Part shown: one piece after another, positions 24,335-35,808 of the stretch
How the letters are laid out: each line of letters opens with the position of its first letter
Numbering within the stretch: the first letter of the stretch is position 1
NCBI GenBank assembly: GCA_013265495.1
Contig: MU061326.1
Coordinates: forward strand, 2,420,001-2,484,000
Length of the DNA stretch: 64,000 nt
From: Vicugna vicugna
Taxonomy: Eukaryota
Direction: 5' to 3'
Program-made: the position numbers and the translations under genes
The notes under the pieces: model-generated
Told to the model about the DNA's origin: nothing
Seen by the model: only the letters and a program-made list of their open reading frames with translations
Databases searched by the model: none

Positions 24335-24791
24335 TCAGTTCCAGGCAACCAGAGCTTCGGGAGAAGAATTCTAGGATGCGGGGAAGACAGTTACTGTTCA
24401 ACTCGCATGTTTTGAAATAGGCCGCTTAGGCTAACATTATTGCCTCCTACACGGAATGAAACAAACAAGCAGAAAGTCACAAGGAGAGAATGAAGGAGTA
24501 TTTTCTGTTCTGGTTCATTACAGCAACAGCAGAATTCCCATAAGCTACATATGACAAGAGAATGAACGTGATCTTTGGAGGAACAGGACAGAGTAACAGC
24601 ACAGATCGTAACTAGAAATATTCTCTTACCTAATGTCAATTATATTTCTGTCCTCACAGCTTCCCTAGGCATTGAAGGGGAGCTGAAAGGTGCTACATTT
24701 ATTTCCAATACGCTCACCCGAAAGACCAGCTCTCCTTAATGGCACCATATAAGACTGCCATGCCTACACTGTTTTCAGTTTTCCTACTTTT

Positions 24792-24936
24792 TTTTAGTTT
24801 AGTGTGTGTGTAGCGGGGGTAGGTAATTGCACTTACTTTTTTTAAAAATTTTTTTAGAGGAAGTATCGGGGATTGAACCCAGGACCTCATACATGCTAGG
24901 CATGTGCTCTACCACTGAGCTATACTCGCCCCACCC
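24792..24936 (-). mobile_element. tRNA-Ala-derived SINE (Vic-1 type)
   Basis: ggggattgaacccaggacctc...ctctaccactgagctatac; TSD ttcagttttcctactttt 24774-24791 / ttcagccttcctactttt 24937-24954. Confidence 0.93.
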
Positions 24937-25567
24937 TTCAGCCTTCCTACTTTTAATTCTCTGCTTCTTGCCAGGACAGATAGTACCGCAACATGGGAAC
25001 CGAAATAAAGCCCCTCCGTTTCATTATCTTCTGTTATAGCTTAGGGCCTATTTTTGCCTTACTGCCTATTCTTTCATTGTATTATTATTTTGTAAATTAC
25101 AAAAGTTAAGATCAGAAATTAACCAGCCAGTAGGCCCTGACTTTGATGGTTTATAAAAAACCTCTTGGTAGGGGCCAGTCTTAGGTGTGCGAGGCAGGGA
25201 AAGGGTCGGAGGAAGATTTAAACACATGCTTGTTGAACGGCTTCCTTCTCTCCTCTGGGTCCTTCCTATGACAACATTCCGCGTGGAAGTCACAGGGGGA
25301 AAAAGACAACGTTGAAAGGATTTTTTGTCAGTATTTGGTCCCCTGCTTCCCAAAGATACAGAAGTCAGAGGAGCAGGGCTGTAAGATATTCTCAATTGCA
25401 ATGTCTCAGAATCATGTAAATGGGACGAGATATCCGTTCAAAATGTGCACCAAGACCTGAAATCGCTGAAAAAGGCAGGGAGAGAAACAGAAGTTTCTGG
25501 AAGGGCATCTGTGTAGAGCTTTTTTTTCCCAGAGCCTACTTAGTCTAGATTTGGGAATGCCAGTTTA

Positions 25568-25866
25568 TGGGGGCAGGGAGGGGAATTGGAGGCAGGCTGT
25601 CAAAAGGTACAATCTTCCAGTTATAAAATAAATAAATACTAGGGATGTTATGTACAACATGATAAATATAATTAACACTGCTCTATGGCATATATGAAAA
25701 TTGTTGAGAGAGCAAATCCTGAGTGTTCTCATCACAAGGAAAAAAATTTTTTTCAATTTCTTTAATTTTGTATCTATATGAGATGATGGGTATTTACTAA
25801 ACTTACTGCGATAATCGCTTCATAACGTATGTAAGTGAAATCATTATGCTGTACACTTTAAACTTA
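25568..25866 (+). mobile_element. L1MA9-class 3' UTR fragment
   Basis: gtcaaaaggtacaatcttccagttataaaataaataaatactagggatgttatgtacaacatg...gttctcatcacaag...tcattatgctgtacac. Confidence 0.88.
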
Positions 25867-25869
25867 TGA

Positions 25870-26185
25870 CAGCTGGCCCTCAGTATTCGCATCTTCCATA
25901 GCCACAGATTCAACCAACCATGGATCAAATATGTTCAGAGAAAAAAAACAAATCCGGGAAGTTCCAAAAAGCAATGCTTGAATTTGCCATGCACTGACAA
26001 CAATTTATATAGCATTTACATTGTATTTTGGTATTGTAAGTAATCTACAGATGATTTAAAGTATATGCGAGGAGATGTGTAGGCTAGTTGCAAATACTAT
26101 GTCATAAAGGACTCGAGCATCCTTGGATTTGGGTATCTGCAGGAGTCCTGGCACCAATTTCCCCTTGGATACCCAGGGACAACTG
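25870..26185. mobile_element. Tigger3a/MER7-like TcMar-Tigger element
   Basis: TIR-like cagctggccctcagtatt...gatacccagggacaactg; internal gattcaaccaacc, atagcatttacattgtatt, gagcatccttggattt. Confidence 0.88.
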
Positions 26186-26339
26186 TGTTAAGATCTAAGA
26201 GCATCATCACTTAAAACAGGCAACATCATTAACTGACATCATCCATTTGTTTAGAAAATTTAAGATTGTGAAATAGCTGGGTTAGAATGGCTACAAACAA
26301 CAACAGAATTTTACTGGGTCTCGAAGACCCTACTTAAAA

Positions 26340-26815
26340 TTGAAGTCCCTCTGTCCTGCCTCCCCAGGGCTCTCTCCGGAGAGCAAGGACATTCCGTCCC
26401 CAGAAAGCCCAAAGGAGGAAACAGAAATTGTAGAGCAGCCGTTTGGGGTGGGGAGAGGGACACCGCGTGATCCAAGCCTGCGTGGCCCCGGGAAGTCCAC
26501 GGCGGAGCTCACTGGTTTCTAAGTGTTTTGCTCAAGAAACGCAGAAGGGGGAGGGCTGCAGGAAGAAACAGGAGGCGGCTGGAGCTTGGGGTGGAAGGCG
26601 CAGGGAGTGGCTGTGGTCCAGGCAGTCTTCAGAGGGGAGCGGCTGCGCCTTTGTGTGGACAATGCAGGCTTCAGGGCTGTAATCTGAGTTGGGACCGGGC
26701 AGGGCCGGGCCACACCATCAAAGGACTCAGCCTCTCCAAGGCCGGTTCCCTTCAGCGTCAGCTTACTGTGTGGCTCCCTTGGGCCCCGCCAGGAGAATCA
26801 GATGGACGTGAAAGA
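26340..26815. promoter_or_regulatory. GC/CpG-enriched promoter-like patch
   Basis: Visibly the most GC/CpG-rich stretch; CCGGGAAGT, CAGGAAG, GGGGAGGG, GGAGGCGG motifs; no repeat recognised. Confidence 0.45.
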
Positions 26816-27174
26816 GGCAATGGAGACAGATTTTTGGAGACTTCTAATTGATTGTTCTAAAAACAACCTGACCATGACCCTGAATATGCCCCTGACATGC
26901 TAACTTTTCTTAAAAATGCATTCTTAAATTTCTTAAAAAATTCTCAATGGATCTTAAACTTCTTCCTCCTCTGCTTTGTGGTTACATTGTCCATTCAGCC
27001 TAGGAAGTGGGGTTTGGGACAAGTTCCATTTCAGACAAGCTTATCAGTAAACACTCTTGGTTACCTCTTTATAAAGATATATGTTGCATAAATAGTTCAT
27101 TTTCTTCTTACTTGGATCTCATACTTCTTTGAATAAGTTCTTCCAAACCTTTTTGAACGAAATCCTTATTACAG

Positions 27175-27249
27175 GAGAGCAGATAGTTGACATACAATAA
27201 AGCCTTCTGGAAAAAGCTACAGACATGAATTCTGGATTTCCAGAAGACG
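27175..27249 (+). other. Candidate non-coding exon
   Basis: Acceptor ccttattacag|GAG; donor ACG|gtaagg (alternative AAG|gtaaac at 27254); stops in all three frames. Confidence 0.3.
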
Positions 27250-28948
27250 GTAAGGTAAACCATGTGTGTGTTCTCTGGCTGGCAAACACATCACTGGTAT
27301 TTCATTTGGAATTCCTTCGTATCGGGTTTTGTTGGTGTGTATACCAAATTACACCTTGGTAGCTTAAAACCCTTTGATAAAATAGGAGGGAAGTTAGCTC
27401 TCCTTTCTTCAATTCCCTACTAAATATACATTTTTATAGCCTGTCTAATCTCATTCATTTTGTTCTGGTTCTAGCAAAGATATTAGTGTCTGGAAAAATA
27501 AATGATTTAAAAACAAGTCTAGGACTGAATCGCCGCAATGGTCAAGATCGCCTATAAATACGTCATTATTTTGGTGCAGTTGAAACCATGTGCTTAGACA
27601 TTTATACATCGAACAACTTGATTTTCCTCTCATGTGTATACATTGATGGATGGATAAATTAAACTCATCCCACCTTGGTTCTGAAAATTAATGTCATGAG
27701 ACCTTTAGAGCTTATTAGAAATCTCCAGGATATCATTGATTTGGTGCCGAAGATTGAACTGTCTCAGAAGTGGCCTGTACCATCCATATTATACCAGAAC
27801 TGAAAATGCCCTCTCACTGTTGAGTCTTTTATCTGGTTCTCTCCCTTCCTGCCACCTTCCCTATGCCATTTTCCTGATGAGGCAGGTGAATTTTACTGTC
27901 TGAATTTCTCCATAATCCACTGGTATCTGATCTCACGAAGCAGACCACTATCTTCTCTCTCTGGAGTTATCATTCTCCCTACATCTAATCATGAGTCTCC
28001 CTTCACTGTCCATCCCGCAGCCCACACTTCAGTCCGTGTCCCAGTGAAAGGGACTTCTGACCATGTCCTTCCCTCCTCAAGTCCCCGAAAATCAACCAAA
28101 TTTCCATCAGGCACTTAACTGGGCTGTCCTCCCTTCCTCTGAATATTCTTGCAAGTTCTACTTTCTCCCTGGAAGGGTCTTCTCTCTACCCACCTTTCCT
28201 TCGGTTGATTAATTCTCAGTCATCTCCCACTTAAAACCGTGACTCCACAAGGACATCCTTCAAGTCTAGAATAGGTCCCCAGCCGTGGACCACGCCCTGA
28301 CTTACCCCATCCTACCACTTTTCACTCTCTGCAGTGTGTTTTCTCAGCTTAACTCTCTGTGTCTCCAGCTGGAGCATGAACTCTGTGCAAGCTAGGGTCC
28401 TGTTTATTTGACGGTTGTATCCTTACCTCCGATCCTCCATGGGGGCCTTTTAGAATGTGCTGAGCATCAGGAGAACAAGCCAGGTGAACAGCACTTTGTT
28501 GACAGTACTGTTAGTGATTTCTCAGCTCAGCTTTTTCCGGTGATGGAATAGGGAGAGAAAGTGTCACCTTCTGGCTTCAGAACAGCCTGACTTCACCACG
28601 TCTTCAGTAGAAAGGAAGAGTGAGTGGATATCTCCATTTGCCCAAGACATTCCCAGAACTGTCACTACAGAGCGCTTGAATTCTCCAAAGGGGACCAGAT
28701 CGATTAACAGACTAAGATCATCATATATATATATATAGTTCAGGTACCTTCTTCAAACATATAGACAAATCTCAGCCTTCCCACAAAGCAGAGGTGTGGA
28801 GAGAATGAATTAAAGAATAAATTAAAAAAAGATAATTCATTTTATATGGCACCAGAGTAGGCTTCTGAGGGGTGGTTTACTCTTGCAGTTTGGTATAATG
28901 TGCATATCCCACGCTAACTATAAATGCATATTTCAAATTCTTTTTCCA

Positions 28949-29555
28949 CTGAGTATATCCAGAGGGAATCTTAATTCAAAAAGAATCTTAATTCAAAAAG
29001 ACTATTTACAATAGTCAAGACATGGAAAACAATCTAAATGTCCATTGACAGATGACTGGATAAAGAAATTGTGGTATATTTATACAATGGAATACTACTC
29101 GGCCATAAGAAAAGAATAAAATAATGCCATTTGCAGCAATATGGATGGACCTGGAATATGGATGGAAGATCATCATTCTAAGTGAAGTAAACCAGAAAAA
29201 GAAAGAAAAATACTATATGATATCACTCATATGTGGAATCTTAAAAAAAAAAGATACAAATGAACTTATTTACAAAACAGAAACAGACCCACAGATACAG
29301 AAAACAAACTTATGGAAGAGGGTGGGAAGGGATAAGTTGGGAGTTCAAGATTTGCAGATAATAACCAACATATATAAAACAGATAAACAACAAGGTCATA
29401 CTGTATAGTACAGGGAACCATATTCAATATCTTGCAGTAACTTATGGTGGAAAAGAATATGAAAACAAATATATGTATGTTCTTATATGACTGAAGTATT
29501 GTGCTGCACCAGAAATTGACACAACATTGTAAACTGACTAGACTTCAATTAAAAA
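28949..29555 (+). mobile_element. 5'-truncated young L1 (ORF2 end + 3' UTR)
   Basis: ORF 29124 MPFAAIWMDLE...ILSEVNQ..K.KYYMISLICG is the L1 ORF2/3' UTR signature; TSD tctttttcca 28939-28948 / 29559-29568. Confidence 0.95.
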
Positions 29556-30002
29556 CCCTCTTTTTCCAATGCCTTGGATCTTTCTAAGAACATAGACTAA
29601 TATAGAGAAATGGGTAAAAAGTCAGAATAAACTGACCAAATCTATACATATCCAAAAGACTCCACAATTGCCTGAACACTCAGATCCTCTTATCTACCTC
29701 TGATGCAGAGCCCAGCGGGCATTTGGTTTTTGTTTTGGAGTATGTGAGTTTTGTGGTCGTTACTATTGTTGCAGATTTTTCCTTTGTTTTAAGCTCGTCT
29801 GACACCGCCACCCTGGTCCAGGCAATCCATCCCAACCACTCCCCCATCCTGCAGAGCTGCCATTGAAGAAAAATCTTTTAAAACAATTATCAAGATGGGC
29901 TGCGTACTGTGATCAAATTCATTTAGATAATAGCGAAATAAATGCTGCATTTCACTTGGTGCACAATGTTTTGCTTCTTTCTCTCTCCCTTTCTTTCCCT
30001 AG

Positions 30003-30037
30003 TATTCACATGGAAATAATGCCATAGTTGTCTAAGG
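30003..30037 (+). other. Candidate micro-exon (35 nt)
   Basis: Long polypyrimidine tract ttttgcttctttctctctccctttctttccctag| and donor AGG|gtaaat. Confidence 0.3.
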
Positions 30038-30366
30038 GTAAATTTGAGGTGCTCTCCAAGGAGCTGGCATACATCAGTAAGCACAGGCAGAAGCTGGAGA
30101 GGTATCTGGCAGCAAGAGAGATGGGAAAGGAATGAACAGTAACTCCTGTAAAAAAAAAAAAAAACTTAAAAAAAATTTTTTAACGACTATAACACTTAGT
30201 GATTATTCCTAAGGACTGTTCATAAAGAAAACTTGGAAATACTGAAAAAGCATAAAAAGCATAAAAAGGTAAATACACACAAAATACTGTACTCTATGGA
30301 GTACATAAGATCATAGCAAGTAAATACATTTGTATTTGAAATTTCCCTTTCTCCGTAGAGTCATTT

Positions 30367-30584
30367 TTTACATTTAATTTTTTTATTGAGATATAGTCAG
30401 TTTACAAGGTTGTGCCAATTTCTGGTGTGCAGCACAGTTCTTCAGTCATCCATGAACATACATATATTCATTTCCATATTCTTTTTCACTGTGAGCTACT
30501 ACAAGATATTGAATATAGTTCCCTGTGCTATACAGTATAGACTTGTTTATCTATTTTATTTATACCAGTCAGTATCTGCAAATC
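30367..30584 (-). mobile_element. 5'-truncated young L1 3' end
   Basis: tttattgagatatagtcagtttaca...gatattgaatatagttccctgtgctatacagta; perfect TSD agagtcattt 30357-30366 / 30585-30594. Confidence 0.95.
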
Positions 30585-30669
30585 AGAGTCATTTCCAATG
30601 GCATTAAATATTATTTTAGTACAATGTTTTGAGATAAAGCGTTTTTTATCAGATTTCGCTGGAGGTTTA

Positions 30670-30808
30670 TGTAAAATCTCTGACTCCCAAGTCCCACACG
30701 AGAATTGAAAAATCAGAAAGAGGTTGTGCGGGACAGAGGTTTGTATTTTTAAAGACCATCTTGAGTAATTCTGATGGACAACCCATTTATTCACTTTAAG
30801 AGCTGCTA
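30670..30808. mobile_element. MER5-like hAT-Charlie remnant
   Basis: aaaatcagaa...ttgtatttttaaagaccatcttgagtaattctgatg...ttaagagctgct. Confidence 0.5.
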
Positions 30809-30819
30809 GAAGTTAGGTC

Positions 30820-33330
30820 TAATAACAACATAGTACTCCATGGATGTTATAAAGAATTTAACTAATTCCCTGCTGCTAGCCATTTGTGTTGTTGGATTTA
30901 TGAAGCCCCAAGATCTCGGCATTTTTAAAACAACTGATTTGCTCCATTCCAGAAGGTGTCAATGAGTTAAATAGTGTGTGGGAACGTCCATCTCATTAAC
31001 TTCTTTGTACTTTTAAAATATGAAAAAAACTTGGTCAATCAATCCAATAGATGAATACGGTGTTTCACTATATATTTTAACTTATTTTGCTTTGTTTTCT
31101 AGTAAGTTGTATGATTTCCAAGTGTTTATTGACCATTTATGTTTTTTAACCTCATTCTAATGAGGAGTTCACCCTTGTACTTATGAATTTATAAGATCTC
31201 TATTATTTGTTGACGATATTAACATTAATTTTTCTCATATTTTTGTGACATTTCTTTTTTTTTTTTTAACCTTTTAGTTTTGTCAGCTTGTTTTGATGTG
31301 AAGTACAGGTTACATGCAATCAGATACGACACTACTGTCTTCATCAATTTTCCTTCTGAACATCCTCTTCTTGTAAATCAGTTAAATATTTCCTCTTATT
31401 TTTTTTCTCATTTCTCCTATAGATTAATTCTAGAATCCATCTGGAATCTATTTCCACCTATAACTTGAAGTGAGAGATCTTGCTTAATTTTTTTCCAAAT
31501 GGATTATCAACTTTTCTAGCAGCATTTCAATAAATAATTCATTTTACTCCCTCTAATTAAAAATGCCACAGTTACTATGATAAGATGTTTAGATACAGAA
31601 GTCTTTTTCCTTGTTTTCTCATCTGTTCCATTGTAACTTCAAGCCACATTTTAGTATTAAAAAATGCACCTCTTTCCTCATTAGTTTTGTGACTCAAAAT
31701 CTCAGTATCATTTTTCAAGTTTTAAATATATTTTGATTCCAATTTCAATTGAAATTGCATTAAACTTCCTTAAGGGGAAATTACATCTAAATTTTCAATA
31801 CCTGGTATTTCTAGAAAAGAAAATATTATATACTTTCATTTAATCAAATCATATTTTATGCCACTAAGTAGAGTTTTTAGTTTTTTTTCTCACATAGGGA
31901 CTAAATAACTTTTTAATCTTATTGACACATGGCTTCTATTTTGTCTGATGTTATTGTTTACTTTATTCAATACAATTTTGAACTGAGGAATAGAAAAACA
32001 ATTGATTTTCGTATTTTTTTTTGTAATTCATCACCTTCCTAAATCGTCATTCATTCTAATACTTTTCAGTTTACTTGTTTTATAGGTTGCAAACTATATC
32101 ATCCATAGATAACAACAATTTATCTCCTCCTTCCCAAACTTTATATTTCTGAGGAATTTTTCTTTTCTTGTTGCAATGATTGGACCTTTTATAAAACTCA
32201 TGCATAATAGTGGTGTTGGGAGGCATACTTTTCAGAATTTTAACGTCTTTGGTATTTCATCACAAGCACACGATTGGCCTGTGGTTTGTGATAGCTGTAA
32301 TATTTTAAAAATTGAATTAAGAATTTCCCCTTTTTATACTGAGAAAAATCATCATATCCTGGCACTTCATTTACTTTGTAACTTAATTTGAACTACTCTT
32401 AGATTTATAGCGAAATAGCACAAGACTTTCCATATATCCGTTTCCCAGCTTCCTTTAACGTCAGCGTGTCACATAACCACAGTACATTGATCAGAACCAG
32501 GAAATTAACATTGGCACAATAAATGCCGTTAACTCAAGCCCTATTCAGATTCCACCAGTTTTGTCTTGTTTTGTTTTCTTTAACTAATGTCCTTGTTGTC
32601 ACTGCTGTTCCATGATCCGATTCGAGGTCCGACATCACTTTAGTCTCAGGCGGTCTGCGATAGTTTCTCAGTCTTTCCTTGTCTTTCTTGGCCATAACAT
32701 CGTTGATGGGTGTCTGTCAGTTCTTTTGCTCAATGTTGCTGCCTCTGAGTTTGTCTAGTATTTTCGTGTGCTGGTGGTTAGGCAGGTTTGGTAAGAATCC
32801 CACGGAAATGATGAAGCGTCTTTCTCCAACGTATCACTTTGCATCCCAGGGCTCATGAGGGTTCAGGCGGTTTCTATGCTGCAAATTACCTTTCCCTCTA
32901 TAGCTAACAGAGATCTTGGAAGAGATAGTATGAGACTGCACATCTTGCATTCTTCAAACTCTCTCCTACAGATGTTAGCATCCATCAGTGAATCTTGACG
33001 AAGAATATTTTTTTTTATATTAGAAATGGATTTTGTACTTTACCAAATGCCTTTTGGAAATGACTCAAGATCATCACGTGCCTTGTCAAGTTTAAAACTT
33101 GTTGCCATTGCCATTTGTATTAGAGTCACATCACATTTATAAGAAGCTAGCCTATGACACTGTGATTTTAAGTAATAGATTTCTTCTTTTTAAAGTATTC
33201 TTTGAATAAACTCTACTGGTTATCTTCCCTTCAATGTACTGTTGGATCTAATTTGCCAGGATTCACATTAAGATTTTTGCAACTGAGGTTATTAGTCATA
33301 TTGACCTGTGGAGTTGTGGTTTTGTGTTAC
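30820..33330 (-). mobile_element. Old L1 (L1ME-class) ORF2/3' fragments
   Basis: T-rich plus strand with L1-antisense motifs: tttccaaatggattatcaac...agcatttcaataaataat, ttgaaattgcattaaac, caaactatatcatccatagataacaacaatttatctcctccttcccaa. Confidence 0.7.
32380..33000 (-). mobile_element. L1MC/MD-class 3' end nested in the older L1
   Basis: cataaccacagtacattgatcagaaccaggaaattaacattggcacaat...tattcagattccaccagtttt...ttagcatccatcagtgaatcttg. Confidence 0.75.
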
Positions 33331-33769
33331 CCTTTTTTTCCCCCCTCAAACTACTAAATGCTTCATTCTCAATAAGCCGAAAGCTTGCAAACTGGGAGGA
33401 ACTGTGAAAATACAGGGCACGTGTGATGATTTTCCAAGGGCTTCCCAGATATGGATACTTTTTAATGAAATCAATTGCTTCATGAACTGCTCTATGATAT
33501 TCTCCCTAAAATTGATCTACCTGAGACTGAGCCAGGGGTCAAGGCCAACTTTCAGTCCAGCTCCTTCCTCAACTCCCTTTCGCAATTGCCCTTCTCTCCT
33601 AAGGAAGTGTCCTCACCAGGCTGGAAGCCTGCTGGCTGTACTGCTTCAAGGAACAGGAGTCTCTAAGGAAATTCTAATCTCTAAGTGAGATTCAAAATAC
33701 TGCTGTAGGTGTTGAGAAAATTCATAGTGCTGCTGACTGAGTAACGTCCCTGTGTTTATCAGGTGGCTT

Positions 33770-34640
33770 CCACGTCTTTGCTGTCAACAAAGTTGAAGGA
33801 GGACCTAATGCAATGATTGATATTAGATCATGAAAAATATCACTTGGAAGGTGTTCAAAGAATTAAGTGACATTTCCACAACAAAACTCCTTCCCTTCTC
33901 AAATATTCTTTATGTGATCCAAGGTTCTCAGAGATTACAATTACCATGAAAGAAAATCAGGAATAGCAATTCTAGTGAATGCTTGTCACATTCTAACGAT
34001 AAGTATTACTCATCCACAGACACGTGAACTCAGAATTCCAGCCATCTGCTTAAGAGAGGCAGTTTCAATAAGGTTTTGCTTTTTATATTTAATAATTATC
34101 AAGATGTACATTTTTCTTTGTGATCATTTATCTATTATTAATTATGATTATAATTGCAGAATTCTTACATTAAAAATAATATTTTAAAATTTAAAATAAT
34201 ACACTTTTGGGGGCAATGATTATGATAGATAATGAATAAAGACTTTGAAACATAAAAAATTGTATGTTATAATTAAATGTGTGAGGGAAATGGAACAGAA
34301 ATACACAATTGGAAGAGAAAAAGGAAAGATGTAGAATTTTGAAATTTAAAATAAAAGTGATTTTTCTTTGTTTTTAAATGATTGATAAGAGTATCAAATC
34401 ACTATGGTGTTTCATTGAATAATCTTAAGGGTAATTTTGTTTTAAAATTACAATCTTTTCAATACTTCAGAAATTACATTCTTTTCAACTATATAAAACC
34501 TGATGAAAATCACCTAATTTGAAATTAGATGTCAACTTGGAAATGTGTAAAGATATGTAGCTTTATGTGTGTGTGTGTGTGTATGTGTGTATACATAGTT
34601 CTTTTATGGGCATACAAGAAAAAATTTGAAAACCATTAAA
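33770..34640 (+). mobile_element. hAT-Charlie DNA transposon 3' part (fossil transposase C-terminus)
   Basis: ttcaaagaattaagtgacatttccacaacaaaactccttccc translates to FKELSDISTTKLLP, resembling the Charlie hATC dimerisation region; TIR-like end aaaatttgaaaaccatt. Confidence 0.7.
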
Positions 34641-34789
34641 AATCATCTCCACTATGAAGATTAAAATTTATTCAAATACGAAACACTCTACCAGTTTACT
34701 AGAAATACTAATCAAATGGGTTGTTTGCAAAGATTATTTTCATGAATGAATTCATCAATTTGGGGAAAGCTTTTTATTTATAACTGACA

Positions 34790-35808
34790 TACCAGCCTAA
34801 TTCTAATTTGTCTGAACTATCACAGAGTCTGCCTGTGTCTAAACCATGGCTGAAATAGAGTGAGCTACTTTTAATGTGTATTATTCTGTGGGCTACAAGC
34901 TCTGATTTCTGTAAAAAAAGGTATATGTTTCTCAATTACAAGGTTTTGGGTAACCCCAGCTAATCAGCAGAAACCTGAAATGATTAGTTAGCATCTTATT
35001 GTGGAAGGGAGTTTTTATAGTTTAAATTTTGATTTGTGTTATAAATTTTAAATCACTAATAAGAAATCTTGGGTCTATTTTTGCCCCCAGAAGAAGATAA
35101 TTTATAAAAGAAAATATTTTTGCAAACACAAAATTGCAATATTAAAAACATATAATGGACTTCTAGCTTCTGGTCCAGCATATAAGGAGATTATAAGTTA
35201 TCACTCCCATCCTCACAACAAGAAAAAAAGCTGGACAAAATGAAAACCAACAGCTCTTCTCATAGGATGGAGGTCATAGGATAAACTGCTGACCACGTAC
35301 CAGCCTAATTCTAATTTGTCTGAACTATCACAGAGTCTGTCTGTGTCTAAACCATGGCTGAAATAGAGTGAGCTACTTTTAATGTGTATTATTCTGTGGG
35401 CTACAAGCTCTGATTTCTGTAAAAAAAGGTATATGTTTCTCAATTACAAGGTTTTGGGTAACCCCAGCTAATCAGCAGAAACCTGAAATGATTAGTTAGC
35501 ATCTTATTGTGGAAGGGAGTTTTTATAGTTTAAATTTTGATTTGTGTTATAAATTTTAAATCACTAATAAGAAATCTTGGGTCTATTTTTGCCCCCATAG
35601 AGAAGAAGATACTGGCATTTATAAAAGAAAATATTTTTGCAAACACAAAATTGCAATATTAAAAACATATAATGGACTTCTAGCTTCTGGTCCAGCATAT
35701 AAGTAGATTATAAGTTATCACTCCCATCCTCACAATAAGAAAACAAACTGGACAAAATGAAGACCAACAGCTCTTCTCATAGGATGGAGGTCATAGGATA
35801 AACTGCTG
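34790..35808. repeat. ~510-bp tandem duplication
   Basis: Copy 1 34790-35291, 6-bp spacer accacg, copy 2 35298-35808; both run taccagcctaattctaat...ggataaactgctg. Confidence 0.97.
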
